Positions 8,205 through 17,561 of a stretch of DNA of 38,989 nt are shown here, piece after piece. Made by a program: the position numbers and the translations under genes. The stretch is taken from contig JAWCCZ010000007.1 in NCBI GenBank assembly GCA_038861545.1, positions 1 through 38,989 on the forward strand, read 5' to 3'. The notes beneath the pieces are model-generated. The model ran no database searches and was not told the origin of the DNA. It saw only the letters and a program-made list of their open reading frames with translations. The DNA comes from Thermofilaceae archaeon (GTDB lineage: Archaea; Thermoproteota; Thermoprotei; Thermofilales; Thermofilaceae). The stretch's first letter is position 1; each line of letters opens with the position of its first letter.

Positions 8205-9449
8205 TCATGCGCTAGGCCCCTTTACCAGCTCCTCCAGCTTAAACTCCTCGTTAACTATCACCTTATCTTCTTCCAAGTAGCTCAAGATAAGTTTCCTCAG
8301 GTACTTGGGTAACGCCTCCCCTGGGAATACGCCGTGCAGCCTCCTACCGCGGAGAGCTCGGATTAAAGCAACCACGCAGAGGGCGGTCGGGTACGTAATG
8401 TAAGTTGCTCCGGGAAGAACTTCGTTAATACGTTTCTGGCTTGGGAATAACACGAAACGCTTCGATATAGCCGCCTCTCCACCAACTTCGCCCTCGGCTA
8501 CTACTTCCAGAGCGAAGTATGCGTCTTCGAGCTCCCCCTCGCGGCATACGCGTATCACCTCGCTCGGTTTTGGAGCTGACGGGAGAATGCGATACAACAA
8601 TTCTTTTGGACTCACTAGGATTTTACCTACACGTACTGGTTCATCGCTGAGTATTCCGAGCCGGTAAAGCGCCCTTAGGGTTTCTATATCGCTACCTCCA
8701 GCGTAGTAGTAAAGGTTATTCAGCCTGAGGAAGCGTGGTATCGTGTAGCTTTCATCGTTCAGCACAGAGTAACACCTCACTGAACCTAGAGGGCTCGGAA
8801 AGTCGAACACAGCGCTTTCCTCGAATGGTTCTAACCATACGAACCTCCTCCCCCTGTACACGAGCACCGGGGAGGCTGTAAGTAGCATTTCTTCCCTAGA
8901 CCAGGGTATGACGAAAGAGCTTCCCCGCTGGTCCTCTATAGACACTATATGTATACTATTGACCGCCTCCAGATCATCGTATGCTTCCCGGGCTAGCATA
9001 TTCGATAGCCCTGGAGAAGCGCCAAAGTTTATTACGGCGAGAAGGGCCGCTTTCCGGAATTCTCTCGTAAGCGACAGCTGCTCTGCTTTAGTCCTTCTAC
9101 CCCCATAACAGGCTAAATCCACATAGTATGCTCCAGCTTTAATAGCGGCGCTCATTACGGCTGGATTAAGCGGCAATTCTCTTCTACCAACTTTAACGAA
9201 AGTGGGTAAGGCATTTACAACGAAGTCGAAACCGCTAAGCTTAGGAACAACCCTTTCTTTGTCCAGCACATCAATGTGCTCGACTGGAATATCACAGGTT
9301 CCTTCAAAGCTCAAGTACCGCTTAGCCCCCTCCTCATCCCGATCCAAGCATACAACTTCCTTTGCTACACCCTTTAAGACGGCTAACCTAGCTACCGCTG
9401 AACCCACAGCCCCACAGCCAATAACCGCTAATCTCAACTGAGTCACCAC
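8205..9449 (-). CDS. Saccharopine dehydrogenase family protein (carboxyspermidine dehydrogenase-like)
   Basis: IGCGAVG Rossmann motif, VVNALP, YVDLA, FGASPGLSN. Confidence 0.8.
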   Translation of the reverse strand: MVTQLRLAVIGCGAVGSAVARLAVLKGVAKEVVCLDRDEEGAKRYLSFEGTCDIPVEHIDVLDKERVVPKLSGFDFVVNALPTFVKVGRRELPLNPAVMSAAIKAGAYYVDLACYGGRRTKAEQLSLTREFRKAALLAVINFGASPGLSNMLAREAYDDLEAVNSIHIVSIEDQRGSSFVIPWSREEMLLTASPVLVYRGRRFVWLEPFEESAVFDFPSPLGSVRCYSVLNDESYTIPRFLRLNNLYYYAGGSDIETLRALYRLGILSDEPVRVGKILVSPKELLYRILPSAPKPSEVIRVCREGELEDAYFALEVVAEGEVGGEAAISKRFVLFPSQKRINEVLPGATYITYPTALCVVALIRALRGRRLHGVFPGEALPKYLRKLILSYLEEDKVIVNEEFKLEELVKGPSA

Positions 9450-9551
9450 CTATCTTATCAGTTACGCTGGATAAAGCTTCTGGGACCTGCGGATACTGAA
9501 GCCACCTGTCGCTTACATTAACTTTATTTGTTTAAAGATTACTGCTAAGTC

Positions 9552-10037
9552 ATGGAGCGCGATAAAGTCCTGAAAGTGCTTAGCTGTATGGAGCTTCTGG
9601 AAGAGGCTGCCGCCAGGTTTTACGAATCGTTATCCCGGGTAATACAGGATGAAGAACTAGCCGAGTTGATGAGATTCGTATCCAGGGAAAGCGAAAACCA
9701 CGCCAAGGTTTTAAAAAGCTTTTTCGGCGAACCGCATAGGGACGAGTGCCTAAGTGTACTTGGCTCTAAGGGTTTTAATATTCTTTTGGAACTGGAAGAG
9801 GCTACCAGTAGAATTGAAGGTGGATGGAGGCCGTCGCAGGCCGACCTCGCCGACCTCCTTGAAAAATTAAACAACCTCGAAAAAATGGCTGGAGAGGAAG
9901 TTTACTCCCAGATTATTACAGCTGCTTTTTCGATTGAAGCTTTAGGTCCAGCTAAACTCTTACTTAAAGCTATAGCAGAGGAAGAGAAGCATCATTACGA
10001 GATAGTTCTTTTCGTGTCAAAAACTCTTAGAGAGTAA
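9552..10037 (+). CDS. Ferritin-like/rubrerythrin-like di-iron four-helix protein
   Basis: Two E..AA.FY / E..Y and ExxH pairs (ESENH, EEEKHH); no rubredoxin domain. Confidence 0.75.
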   Translation: MERDKVLKVLSCMELLEEAAARFYESLSRVIQDEELAELMRFVSRESENHAKVLKSFFGEPHRDECLSVLGSKGFNILLELEEATSRIEGGWRPSQADLADLLEKLNNLEKMAGEEVYSQIITAAFSIEALGPAKLLLKAIAEEEKHHYEIVLFVSKTLRE

Positions 10038-10124
10038 TTATGAGAAAGGAATATCTCAGAAGTGGAGCGGAGAAGACATCCACCCGCACCCATGGGCACG
10101 CATGCTAAGCTTGGTGGTGCGTAA

Positions 10125-10598
10125 TTGGCTAAGGTAGTTCCAATCCGAGCGGGAAAACTTCAATTTATTTCGGTGAACTCAAGGAAGGCTACGCTTTTCT
10201 TTGTACCTGTTCCGAGTGGCACGGGTAAAGCGTTACTGATTTTCGGGGCTAAAGTTAGGTCGAAGAACAAAATATGGTGGACTCCAACCCTAGCGTTATC
10301 TGGGCAGCCCTTACAGAGGTTTGTCTCCAGGGCTGGTGAACTAGCCGACAAGGGGAAAGGGAGGGTATCTTTCTCTTCCAAGAAGAATGGCCTCTTCATC
10401 AAGGTAACCGTAAAAGGTAGTAGGGCATGCTTCGCTCTTGGTCAAAGGAATCGTGTTTTCATATCCCTGGGTCTCAGCGCGAGGAATCTTGGGAAGTTAT
10501 CGCGCACGCTTGCCAGCATCAAGCCGCGTAGGCAGGTCGAGTTACCTCGTCCTTTGACTTGGCGAAGCAAGGAAGCGGTATTCGGTCCCTATGTTTAG
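10125..10598 (+). CDS. Highly basic hypothetical protein
   Basis: 157-aa ORF with a GGTG SD-like sequence upstream of TTG; about 31 K/R versus 4 D/E. Confidence 0.6.
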   Translation: MAKVVPIRAGKLQFISVNSRKATLFFVPVPSGTGKALLIFGAKVRSKNKIWWTPTLALSGQPLQRFVSRAGELADKGKGRVSFSSKKNGLFIKVTVKGSRACFALGQRNRVFISLGLSARNLGKLSRTLASIKPRRQVELPRPLTWRSKEAVFGPYV

Positions 10599-10618
10599 AT
10601 TAGGGAAGTTTATTAACC

Positions 10619-11608
10619 TTAAAGTTTTAGGTTGAATCTATTTACTCCTTGCCTTAAATTCTGCATAATCTTCCCCGTAAGCTCCACGTTGCTCAGAGTG
10701 TACGCGAGGATAAGGGCTCCTACCGCTGGGGGGAATTCTGGTCTTATGATTTCAACTTGAAGCTGCTCCTTAAGTTTCTTTTCGAAAGGATCTAGTATTA
10801 CCCTTCCAGCTTTAAAAACCCCTCCTACCACTGCGACCTTGACCGGCTGTTCTTCAAGCATTCCAAGCCTTTTAACAAGCGCTATTACATGCAAGGCTAG
10901 CTGCTCGGCCGCTCTCTCAATAATTTTTAATGCTACTCTATCCCCCTGCATAGCTAGCCGAGTAACCGAGGGGGCTAGCCTAGCTACATCGCTGGTACTC
11001 ATTTTCTCCACATAGAGTTTCCTTAGAATCTCGTCGGGAGAGTCTATACTCAATGCCTTAAGTATTTCACCCATTAGAGCTGTAGGCTCACTCCTACCAT
11101 CGAAAGCCCGCAGAACTTCCCGCAGGGCCTCGATAGCTATATAGTAAGCGCTTCCCTCGTCACCCACGAGGTTGCCCCATCCTCCACATCTGGCATATTC
11201 TCCTCTACGATTCCTAGCACCGGCTACCGAACCTGTTCCCGCAATCACTATAACCCCCGGCTGTCCCATGGTAGCCCCAACCAGCGCAATCTCAGCGTCG
11301 TGTCTTACGTAAACCCTTTTGCCGGCTATCTTAGGAGCAGCTTTTTCCTCGAAAAAGCGGAAATCGTGTAAAGTGTCCATCCCCGCTAACCCCAGAACCA
11401 CCACGTCTGCTACTTCTAGCTTAGCGTCCGCTAAAGCTAGCCTAATGCTAGAGTTTATATTCTCAACTGCAACGTCTAGACCTACAGAATGATAGTTAGA
11501 GGGGCCGGCTTCGCCGATGCCTATGATTTCTCCCTCATTATCCGCAGCGACCGATAATGTTTTCGTAGCTCCTCCATCTACTCCAACGAAAACTCCCGCC
11601 ATAGGCAT
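10619..11608 (-). CDS. BadF/BadG/BcrA/BcrD ATPase family sugar kinase (N-acetylglucosamine kinase/hexokinase-like)
   Basis: GVDGGATKT, GPSN, GLAG.D, IAGTGS, GGWG..VGDEGSA. Confidence 0.88.
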   Translation of the reverse strand: MPMAGVFVGVDGGATKTLSVAADNEGEIIGIGEAGPSNYHSVGLDVAVENINSSIRLALADAKLEVADVVVLGLAGMDTLHDFRFFEEKAAPKIAGKRVYVRHDAEIALVGATMGQPGVIVIAGTGSVAGARNRRGEYARCGGWGNLVGDEGSAYYIAIEALREVLRAFDGRSEPTALMGEILKALSIDSPDEILRKLYVEKMSTSDVARLAPSVTRLAMQGDRVALKIIERAAEQLALHVIALVKRLGMLEEQPVKVAVVGGVFKAGRVILDPFEKKLKEQLQVEIIRPEFPPAVGALILAYTLSNVELTGKIMQNLRQGVNRFNLKL

Positions 11609-11715
11609 GTATGATTGTTCTTGCTATTAAATATTGGTAATCCCGCTGCATAACGCATGCCAGCGTATCCATATGTATGTACAGATTTTTATACTAAAAC
11701 TGTTAGCAACTTAAT

Positions 11716-12888
11716 GTGGAAGAACGTTTGAAATGGTTCGTAGAAGCCCGCTTCGGGATGTTTATCCACTGGGGCTTATACTCTCTGTTAAGCAGAGCCG
11801 AGTGGGTCATGAATTTAGAGAGCATACCCCGTGAAGAGTATGCGAAATACGCCTCAATGTTCAAAGCAGAGCGCTATTCTCCTGATGAGTGGGTTGAGTA
11901 CGCTAAAGAGGCTGGAATGAAGTACATGGTAGTGACCTCCCGCCACCACGATGGCTTCAGCTTATTCGATACCAAGTACTCAGACTTCAAGTCTACTAAA
12001 ACCCCCGCGGGCAGAGATTTGATAGGTGAATATATCGATGCATGCAGGAGAGCGGGACTTAAGGTTGGTATTTATTACTCTCTTCTCGATTGGAGATGGG
12101 ACGCGTACTGGAAGGGGCCCGACGACGCTAAAGAGTGGGAAAGATTCCTAGAGTACGTGCACGGACAGGTTGAAGAGTTGTGCAGCAACTATGGGCGGAT
12201 TGACATCCTCTGGTTCGACGGTGGCTGGCCTTATAAACCGGAGCACTGGAGAGCAGAAGAGCTTCTCAATAAAATTAGGAAGCTGCAGCCGCATGTAATA
12301 GTCAATAACAGGACCGGATTACCTGGGGATTTCGATACCCCTGAGCAACACGTACCATGGTGGGCTCCGCCTAGAAGACCTTGGGAAACCTGTATGACTA
12401 TGAACGATAGCTGGGGCTTTTTCGAAGGTGATAGGAACTGGAAAACACCGCGCCAAGTTATTTCAACTTTAGTAACAGTGGTCAGCATGGGCGGGAACCT
12501 TCTTCTCAATGTGGGGCCTCGAGGCGATGGCAGCTTCCCTCCGGAGGCTGTGGAACTATTATCGCATATAGGTGCCTGGATTAACCGTAATGGCGCGTCT
12601 ATCTACGGGGCTCGAGGAGCTCCTTTCACTACGACTGTGGGCCCTGTAACAGCAAAGGGTAATATAGCCTTCGTTCACGCGTTGAGGTGGCCCGGTAAAA
12701 GGATAACTGTCGCTGGGGTCGGAAACTCTGTTAACTCGGCTTACCTTTTAGCTATGGAGAAAGAGGTAAAATTCGCCCAAGAGGGAAACCGCGTACATAT
12801 CGAGGGGCTACCATCCCTCCCTCCAGATCCCTATGATAGTATAATTGTGTTAGAGCTGGACGGCGAACCTCATAGGCCCAGCGGGTAG
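11716..12888 (+). CDS. Alpha-L-fucosidase, GH29 (no signal peptide)
   Basis: WF..ARFGMFIHWG.YS, TSRHHDGF, LWFDG nucleophile motif, PWETCMTM..SWG, GGNLLLNVGP. Confidence 0.95.
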   Translation: MEERLKWFVEARFGMFIHWGLYSLLSRAEWVMNLESIPREEYAKYASMFKAERYSPDEWVEYAKEAGMKYMVVTSRHHDGFSLFDTKYSDFKSTKTPAGRDLIGEYIDACRRAGLKVGIYYSLLDWRWDAYWKGPDDAKEWERFLEYVHGQVEELCSNYGRIDILWFDGGWPYKPEHWRAEELLNKIRKLQPHVIVNNRTGLPGDFDTPEQHVPWWAPPRRPWETCMTMNDSWGFFEGDRNWKTPRQVISTLVTVVSMGGNLLLNVGPRGDGSFPPEAVELLSHIGAWINRNGASIYGARGAPFTTTVGPVTAKGNIAFVHALRWPGKRITVAGVGNSVNSAYLLAMEKEVKFAQEGNRVHIEGLPSLPPDPYDSIIVLELDGEPHRPSG

Positions 12889-12941
12889 AGAATCACGTTA
12901 TCCTAAATAACGAGTTTTTTAATTCAATTTCGGCGATACTA

Positions 12942-13976
12942 TTGAAAGTAGGTGTTATAGGGTGCGGATCCATAGGTAAAGTCCATATTCAGAAGTTCAA
13001 AGCAGTTGGCGCCGAAGTGGCAGCCGCCTGCGATATCGATGAGAATGAGCTTAAGTATGTGAAGAACACGTTCGGTGTAGAACATATTTATACAGACTAC
13101 CGCGATTTACTAGCCCGTGGGGATTTAGACGCCGTAGTGGTGGCTACACCGAATAACCTTCACTGCCGCATGACCATCGATGCGTTGAAAGAGGGTAAAC
13201 ATGTTCTTTGCGAGAAGCCTCCAGCGACGTCGGCTCATGATGTTTCGAAAATGTTCGAAGCCGCTAAGAGGCATGGAAGGGCTCTTTTAATCGGTTTAAC
13301 GATGCGTTTCCGTGGAGATAGCAGGGCATTGAAAAAGTACATCAATGAAGTCGGTGTCGGTGAACCATACTACGCAAGGGCAACTCTTCTCAGAAGGTCC
13401 GGTATCCCGGGTTTCGGTAGCTGGTTTACCCGGAAAATCGATGCAGGATCCGGTCCGCTTTATGATATAGGGGTCCACGCGCTGGATTTAACGATGTGGT
13501 TAATGGGTAACTTTGAAGCCCATGAAGTTTTCGCATCTACTTACGCGAAGTTCGGGCCGAAGGGCATCGGCCTCGGCACATGGGGTAAACCGGTTCCAGG
13601 AGGCCCTTTCGAAGTTGAAGATTTTGCCGTCGCTTACATAAAGATGAGAAATGGGGCCACTGTTTACCTCGAGGTAAGCTGGGCGAGCCACATAGCGAAC
13701 GATATGTTCAGCATCTTTATTTTAGGTGATAAGGCGGGTCTCGAGTTCCCAGGAGCTAGGGTTTACAGCTGGGAAGGCGTTTCAGTCGATAAGCAGCTAA
13801 AGTTTTCGGAGGAAGACCCTTACTTAGCTGAAGCGAGTCATTTCAAAGAAGTGGTCGAAAAAGGTATCGAGCCTGTAACAAAACCAAGCGAGATGATTAT
13901 GCTTCAGGCTACTCTTGAATCCGCAATTAAATCGGCTGCCGAGGGTAGACCGGTTAGGCTAGCCGAGGTTTTCTAA
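12942..13976 (+). CDS. Gfo/Idh/MocA family oxidoreductase
   Basis: IGCGSIG, ATPN..H, HVLCEKP, G.GPLYDIGVHALD. Confidence 0.92.
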   Translation: MKVGVIGCGSIGKVHIQKFKAVGAEVAAACDIDENELKYVKNTFGVEHIYTDYRDLLARGDLDAVVVATPNNLHCRMTIDALKEGKHVLCEKPPATSAHDVSKMFEAAKRHGRALLIGLTMRFRGDSRALKKYINEVGVGEPYYARATLLRRSGIPGFGSWFTRKIDAGSGPLYDIGVHALDLTMWLMGNFEAHEVFASTYAKFGPKGIGLGTWGKPVPGGPFEVEDFAVAYIKMRNGATVYLEVSWASHIANDMFSIFILGDKAGLEFPGARVYSWEGVSVDKQLKFSEEDPYLAEASHFKEVVEKGIEPVTKPSEMIMLQATLESAIKSAAEGRPVRLAEVF

Positions 13977-13988
13977 ACTATATATCGA

Positions 13989-15074
13989 CTATAACTCTAT
14001 TGTAAGGCCTTTTTTAACTGAGTGATTGAGAGCTAACAGGGTTTTTGTAATCTCGTATCCCCACCTCACTGATGGAAGCGGTTTTTCCCCCTTTTCTATG
14101 CATTCAGCTAGATGGTCGATTGAGCAGTGATAGTAGGGTCTAGATTCGCCTAAAACCTCTTTTCCAATCGATTTTACGCTTCCAGCACGGGTCACGGATA
14201 TTAACGGGACTGAGGCATCAACCATCGCCGAACCGCCGGTACAGTAAACCTGGATAGGTGGCATGTGAAGTCGCGTGAAAGTAGTATAATTTCCCATGAT
14301 AATCGCTAATCCCCCATCCCCGTATTCAAGCAATCCGACGAAGTTATCTTGCGCGGTCGGGTCGACCGGAACACTGGGCTTCAAATTATGGAAATAATAG
14401 ACACCTTTCCCATATGTTTCTCGGCTTATGGACTCAGTAACCTCTCTGGGCTGCAGTACAAACCTGCGCTTAATAGCTACTGTACCGAGTGCGGTTACAC
14501 GCACAGGCTTACCCAGTACAGCGTGAGCCCTAGCTACACCGTACACCGCCAGGTCGTAGAGCACACCCCCGCCAGCCTCTTCTCTAAAAAACCACTCAGA
14601 CCACATAGGCCCGCTATGGCCTGTATGCCAGATGGAGAAACAGTGTTGCCCCAGCTCGTGAACCACATCCTTTAAAGCTCTAAACGCTGGCAGTAGTAAA
14701 GCATCCGACGGCTCAGCTATTGCAATTACCCCGCTTTTCTCAACGCTCCTGACTACGGTTTCCGCATCTTCCAAGGATAAAGCCATAGGTTTCTGCACGA
14801 TGAAGTGTTTCCCCTCTTCCGCAGCCCTAATCGCCAAGGGTGCATGAGACTCATGGCTTGTTGTAACCACTATCGCCTCTACTTCTCGGTCGCGGAGGAA
14901 TGCGTCCGGGTCACTATACCAACGTGCAGCGTTCCATAGTTCCGCGCTCCGCTTTGCTCGCTCCGGAATGATGTCACAGACAGCGGTTAATCTATGTTGT
15001 TTAGCTATGTAAGGAAGGTAGTAATTGTTAGCGACATTTCCACAACCAATAACTCCGAAGCTTATCTTTTTCAC
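13989..15074 (-). CDS. Gfo/Idh/MocA family oxidoreductase
   Basis: IGCGNVA, VQKPMA, GGGVLYDLAVY. The GTG at 15074 is preferred over 15113 because it removes the overlap with the upstream gene and has a TATA-like TTATATA ~25 nt upstream. Confidence 0.88.
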   Translation of the reverse strand: MKKISFGVIGCGNVANNYYLPYIAKQHRLTAVCDIIPERAKRSAELWNAARWYSDPDAFLRDREVEAIVVTTSHESHAPLAIRAAEEGKHFIVQKPMALSLEDAETVVRSVEKSGVIAIAEPSDALLLPAFRALKDVVHELGQHCFSIWHTGHSGPMWSEWFFREEAGGGVLYDLAVYGVARAHAVLGKPVRVTALGTVAIKRRFVLQPREVTESISRETYGKGVYYFHNLKPSVPVDPTAQDNFVGLLEYGDGGLAIIMGNYTTFTRLHMPPIQVYCTGGSAMVDASVPLISVTRAGSVKSIGKEVLGESRPYYHCSIDHLAECIEKGEKPLPSVRWGYEITKTLLALNHSVKKGLTIEL

Positions 15075-15081
15075 AAAAAAT

Positions 15082-15822
15082 TTAAACACGGCGCGGTATA
15101 TAATCGTTAGCATTCACCCGTTTGCTAAGCTCTCCTAACCGCACCACTTTCTCTGCAACGATTTCACACTCAATCTCAGGGATTTCCAGCCGACAACCAT
15201 AGTCGGTTATTCTACGCGGCTTTCCGGATAAGACGGCGTAAGCTTCGTCCTCCTCTAGCAACGTCAAAATATATTTAGCTAGCTCATAGCTGAAAACCGC
15301 TTTTCCTTCTCTCACCGGGTAACAGTAAGGTAAAACTACTTCAAACAAGCTGGTTCTAAGAGAAATTTCAAGCGTCACTTCCATTTCGTTCAATACTGAA
15401 CCCTTTGCCACGCTTAGCGTAACGTAAACCGCACCATCTACACTGAACTGGCAAGGCCCTAAGTGCCTGGCTTCAGCTTTTAATTTTTCTGTCAGCATTT
15501 CCTTGGTTCTCCCCCTTGGGGGGTAATCCCCCATTATCCCGCCCACGACTACATACCTGAAGTTCCGTATATCGTCAACTGAAAGCGGGTCTTTAGCCTG
15601 AGGATCAAGCACTAGAAGCTCATCGGTAGCCGCGAGCTCCGAGATGCTTTCCTGGTACGCTTCAGTAAATGAAGAAACGCAGGCGAGCTCACCTTCATCT
15701 TTTAAGTTGGTTACTATAAGATTGCCGTTGGAGAGGCTAGCGGCGTGTTTATACTCTGTAAATACCCACGGAGTTAGAACTTCTTCTAGGTGTTCTATCA
15801 CTATTACAGCCATTACCGCCAC
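15082..15822 (-). CDS. SPOUT-class SAM-dependent methyltransferase, Sfm1/DUF431-like
   Basis: VIEHLE...W...EY, VLDPQA..PL, GGIMGDYPPRGRT, R.LG..QFSVDGAV, LPY.YP. Confidence 0.85.
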   Translation of the reverse strand: MAVMAVIVIEHLEEVLTPWVFTEYKHAASLSNGNLIVTNLKDEGELACVSSFTEAYQESISELAATDELLVLDPQAKDPLSVDDIRNFRYVVVGGIMGDYPPRGRTKEMLTEKLKAEARHLGPCQFSVDGAVYVTLSVAKGSVLNEMEVTLEISLRTSLFEVVLPYCYPVREGKAVFSYELAKYILTLLEEDEAYAVLSGKPRRITDYGCRLEIPEIECEIVAEKVVRLGELSKRVNANDYIPRRV

Positions 15823-15892
15823 CCTTTTAGGGAAAGCTTATACGTTTTAACCCAAGCAGAAATCGACGCAGTTAAAGCTCAGGTGATGTGTT

Positions 15893-16726
15893 TTGAGGTA
15901 CTCTGCCGAGGGAGCTTTCCCAGAAATATTCAAGCGGCGGGTTCGCGATGAAGCTAAGGCAGCAGTGATTGGCATTATTGGTTCAGAGGAAGCAGCAACG
16001 TGGACCGCGAGGAGGCTTAGGGCTATAGGCTATACAGTGACGGGGCTCTACGTAGTTGCTGCAACGAGTTCAGAAGTTGAGGAGTGTGTAAGATCCAAGC
16101 TTGAAAATGATGTTTTAGTAATGACTGGAGGTGTCGAGCCCGGCGTTGCACCGGCTTTCGAGGGAATTGCAGCAGCATTAGGTAAAAAATTGGTTCAAAA
16201 TGAAGAGGCTAAGAGACTGGTTGAGCAGCACTACTACATGGTTTACAGGGAGCAAGGTTACCCCGGCGATGAGTTTCAAATACCTGAAGAATTCGAAGTA
16301 CTATATACGTTACCAGATGAGGCCAGAGTTATACCTAATTCCAAGGGCTTAGTTCCTGGAATAATCTTAGAGGAAGGCGATAAAATCGTGGTTTGTCTGC
16401 CGGCTAATGTAACTGAGGTAAGCGACATGTTTGAGGACGACGTAGACCCATACGTGAGAAGCTTGCTGGGCGTCAGCTTGTCTGCAACTATAAACGTGGT
16501 AGCGAAAACGCGGGATCAAAAGCTGCTTAGTCTTATAGCAGAGGAAGTTGCCAGAAGCAATCCATGGATCTTTACACAAGTAAAGCAGAACATTTTTTCG
16601 AAAGAAGGCCGTGCGATCACCTTAACAGTTTTCGCTAGAGCGCCAGAGGAACTTAGCGAGAAGCTCGAAAACGCAATTAAAATCATTGAAGAAACTTTAC
16701 GAGTTAAAGGTATCGAAAAAGCATAG
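15893..16726 (+). CDS. CinA-like / molybdopterin-binding (MoCF) domain protein, divergent
   Basis: MTGG, IAAALGKKLV.NEEA, LP..A.VIPN..G.VPG..L...IVVCLP pattern; canonical GGLGPTxDD is degenerate. Confidence 0.65.
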   Translation: MRYSAEGAFPEIFKRRVRDEAKAAVIGIIGSEEAATWTARRLRAIGYTVTGLYVVAATSSEVEECVRSKLENDVLVMTGGVEPGVAPAFEGIAAALGKKLVQNEEAKRLVEQHYYMVYREQGYPGDEFQIPEEFEVLYTLPDEARVIPNSKGLVPGIILEEGDKIVVCLPANVTEVSDMFEDDVDPYVRSLLGVSLSATINVVAKTRDQKLLSLIAEEVARSNPWIFTQVKQNIFSKEGRAITLTVFARAPEELSEKLENAIKIIEETLRVKGIEKA

Positions 16727-17561
16727 CTATACTGGTACAGCTGCAGAGCTAGTAAACTCCGAATTAGTACAAAGCCAGTGAAAACCATCATTACCGTGGA
16801 CATGATAATTTGAGGAAATGCATGAATCTGTTAGCCCCAAAAGTCAAGCTAAGCTTTTCTTTTCACTATGTACTAGCACGAGGGATCTCTTAACTATACA
16901 TTAATTTCTTTAACCTTGACGCCGCGATACTTTTAGTAGCAGTACATTTAGCTTCACTTGTCTCATCTGTAAAGAGCGCTTTAGGCTGCATGTAAGCTCT
17001 TATTTCTGTTTCGCTACTTTCGATTTTTTCGAAACACTATAGGGGGTAAGATTGCGAGTCGATTACAACTCTATTAAACAAAGACTGTACATATTCAAAA
17101 CTTAGCGCACCGTATATTTTTGAATAGTTCCAGCTAGGTTCTTGGTTTAATTCCTTGTTCACCTTTAAGGTCTACATACGTAGTGATTTTCTCGGGATTA
17201 AAAAGGAAAATTTTAATTGAAGAACTGGTACTCTCCTCTCTGACGTTATTGGTAACATCTCAGAGGAACTTTCACCTCCTCGCAGAGCATCAGCTTGTAA
17301 CATAATCTCAGGTATGTAAAGTCTTACTATAGGAATGATTATGCGTTATACGTTTTCATATTTTATGATGATATACGGAGTTTTCTGCTGAGCTTGCTTG
17401 AGAGAACTTATGTCCTGGCTTTTCCGGCTTTGATGAGCTAGCTGACACAAAGGTGCAGATTCCACACACGTACTTAAAATGGTGGTAGTATATCGGGAAT
17501 CACTACTTGACACTGTAGGTTTGCAAAGGCAAAAGTTTATTCCCGTGATTTTAGGAGGCAT

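Noticed and set aside
17365-17445. Box C/D sRNA (ATGATGA..CTGA..TTGATGA..CTGA)
   Set aside because: Spacing is wrong: 38 nt between D' and C' and a second guide of only 5 nt.
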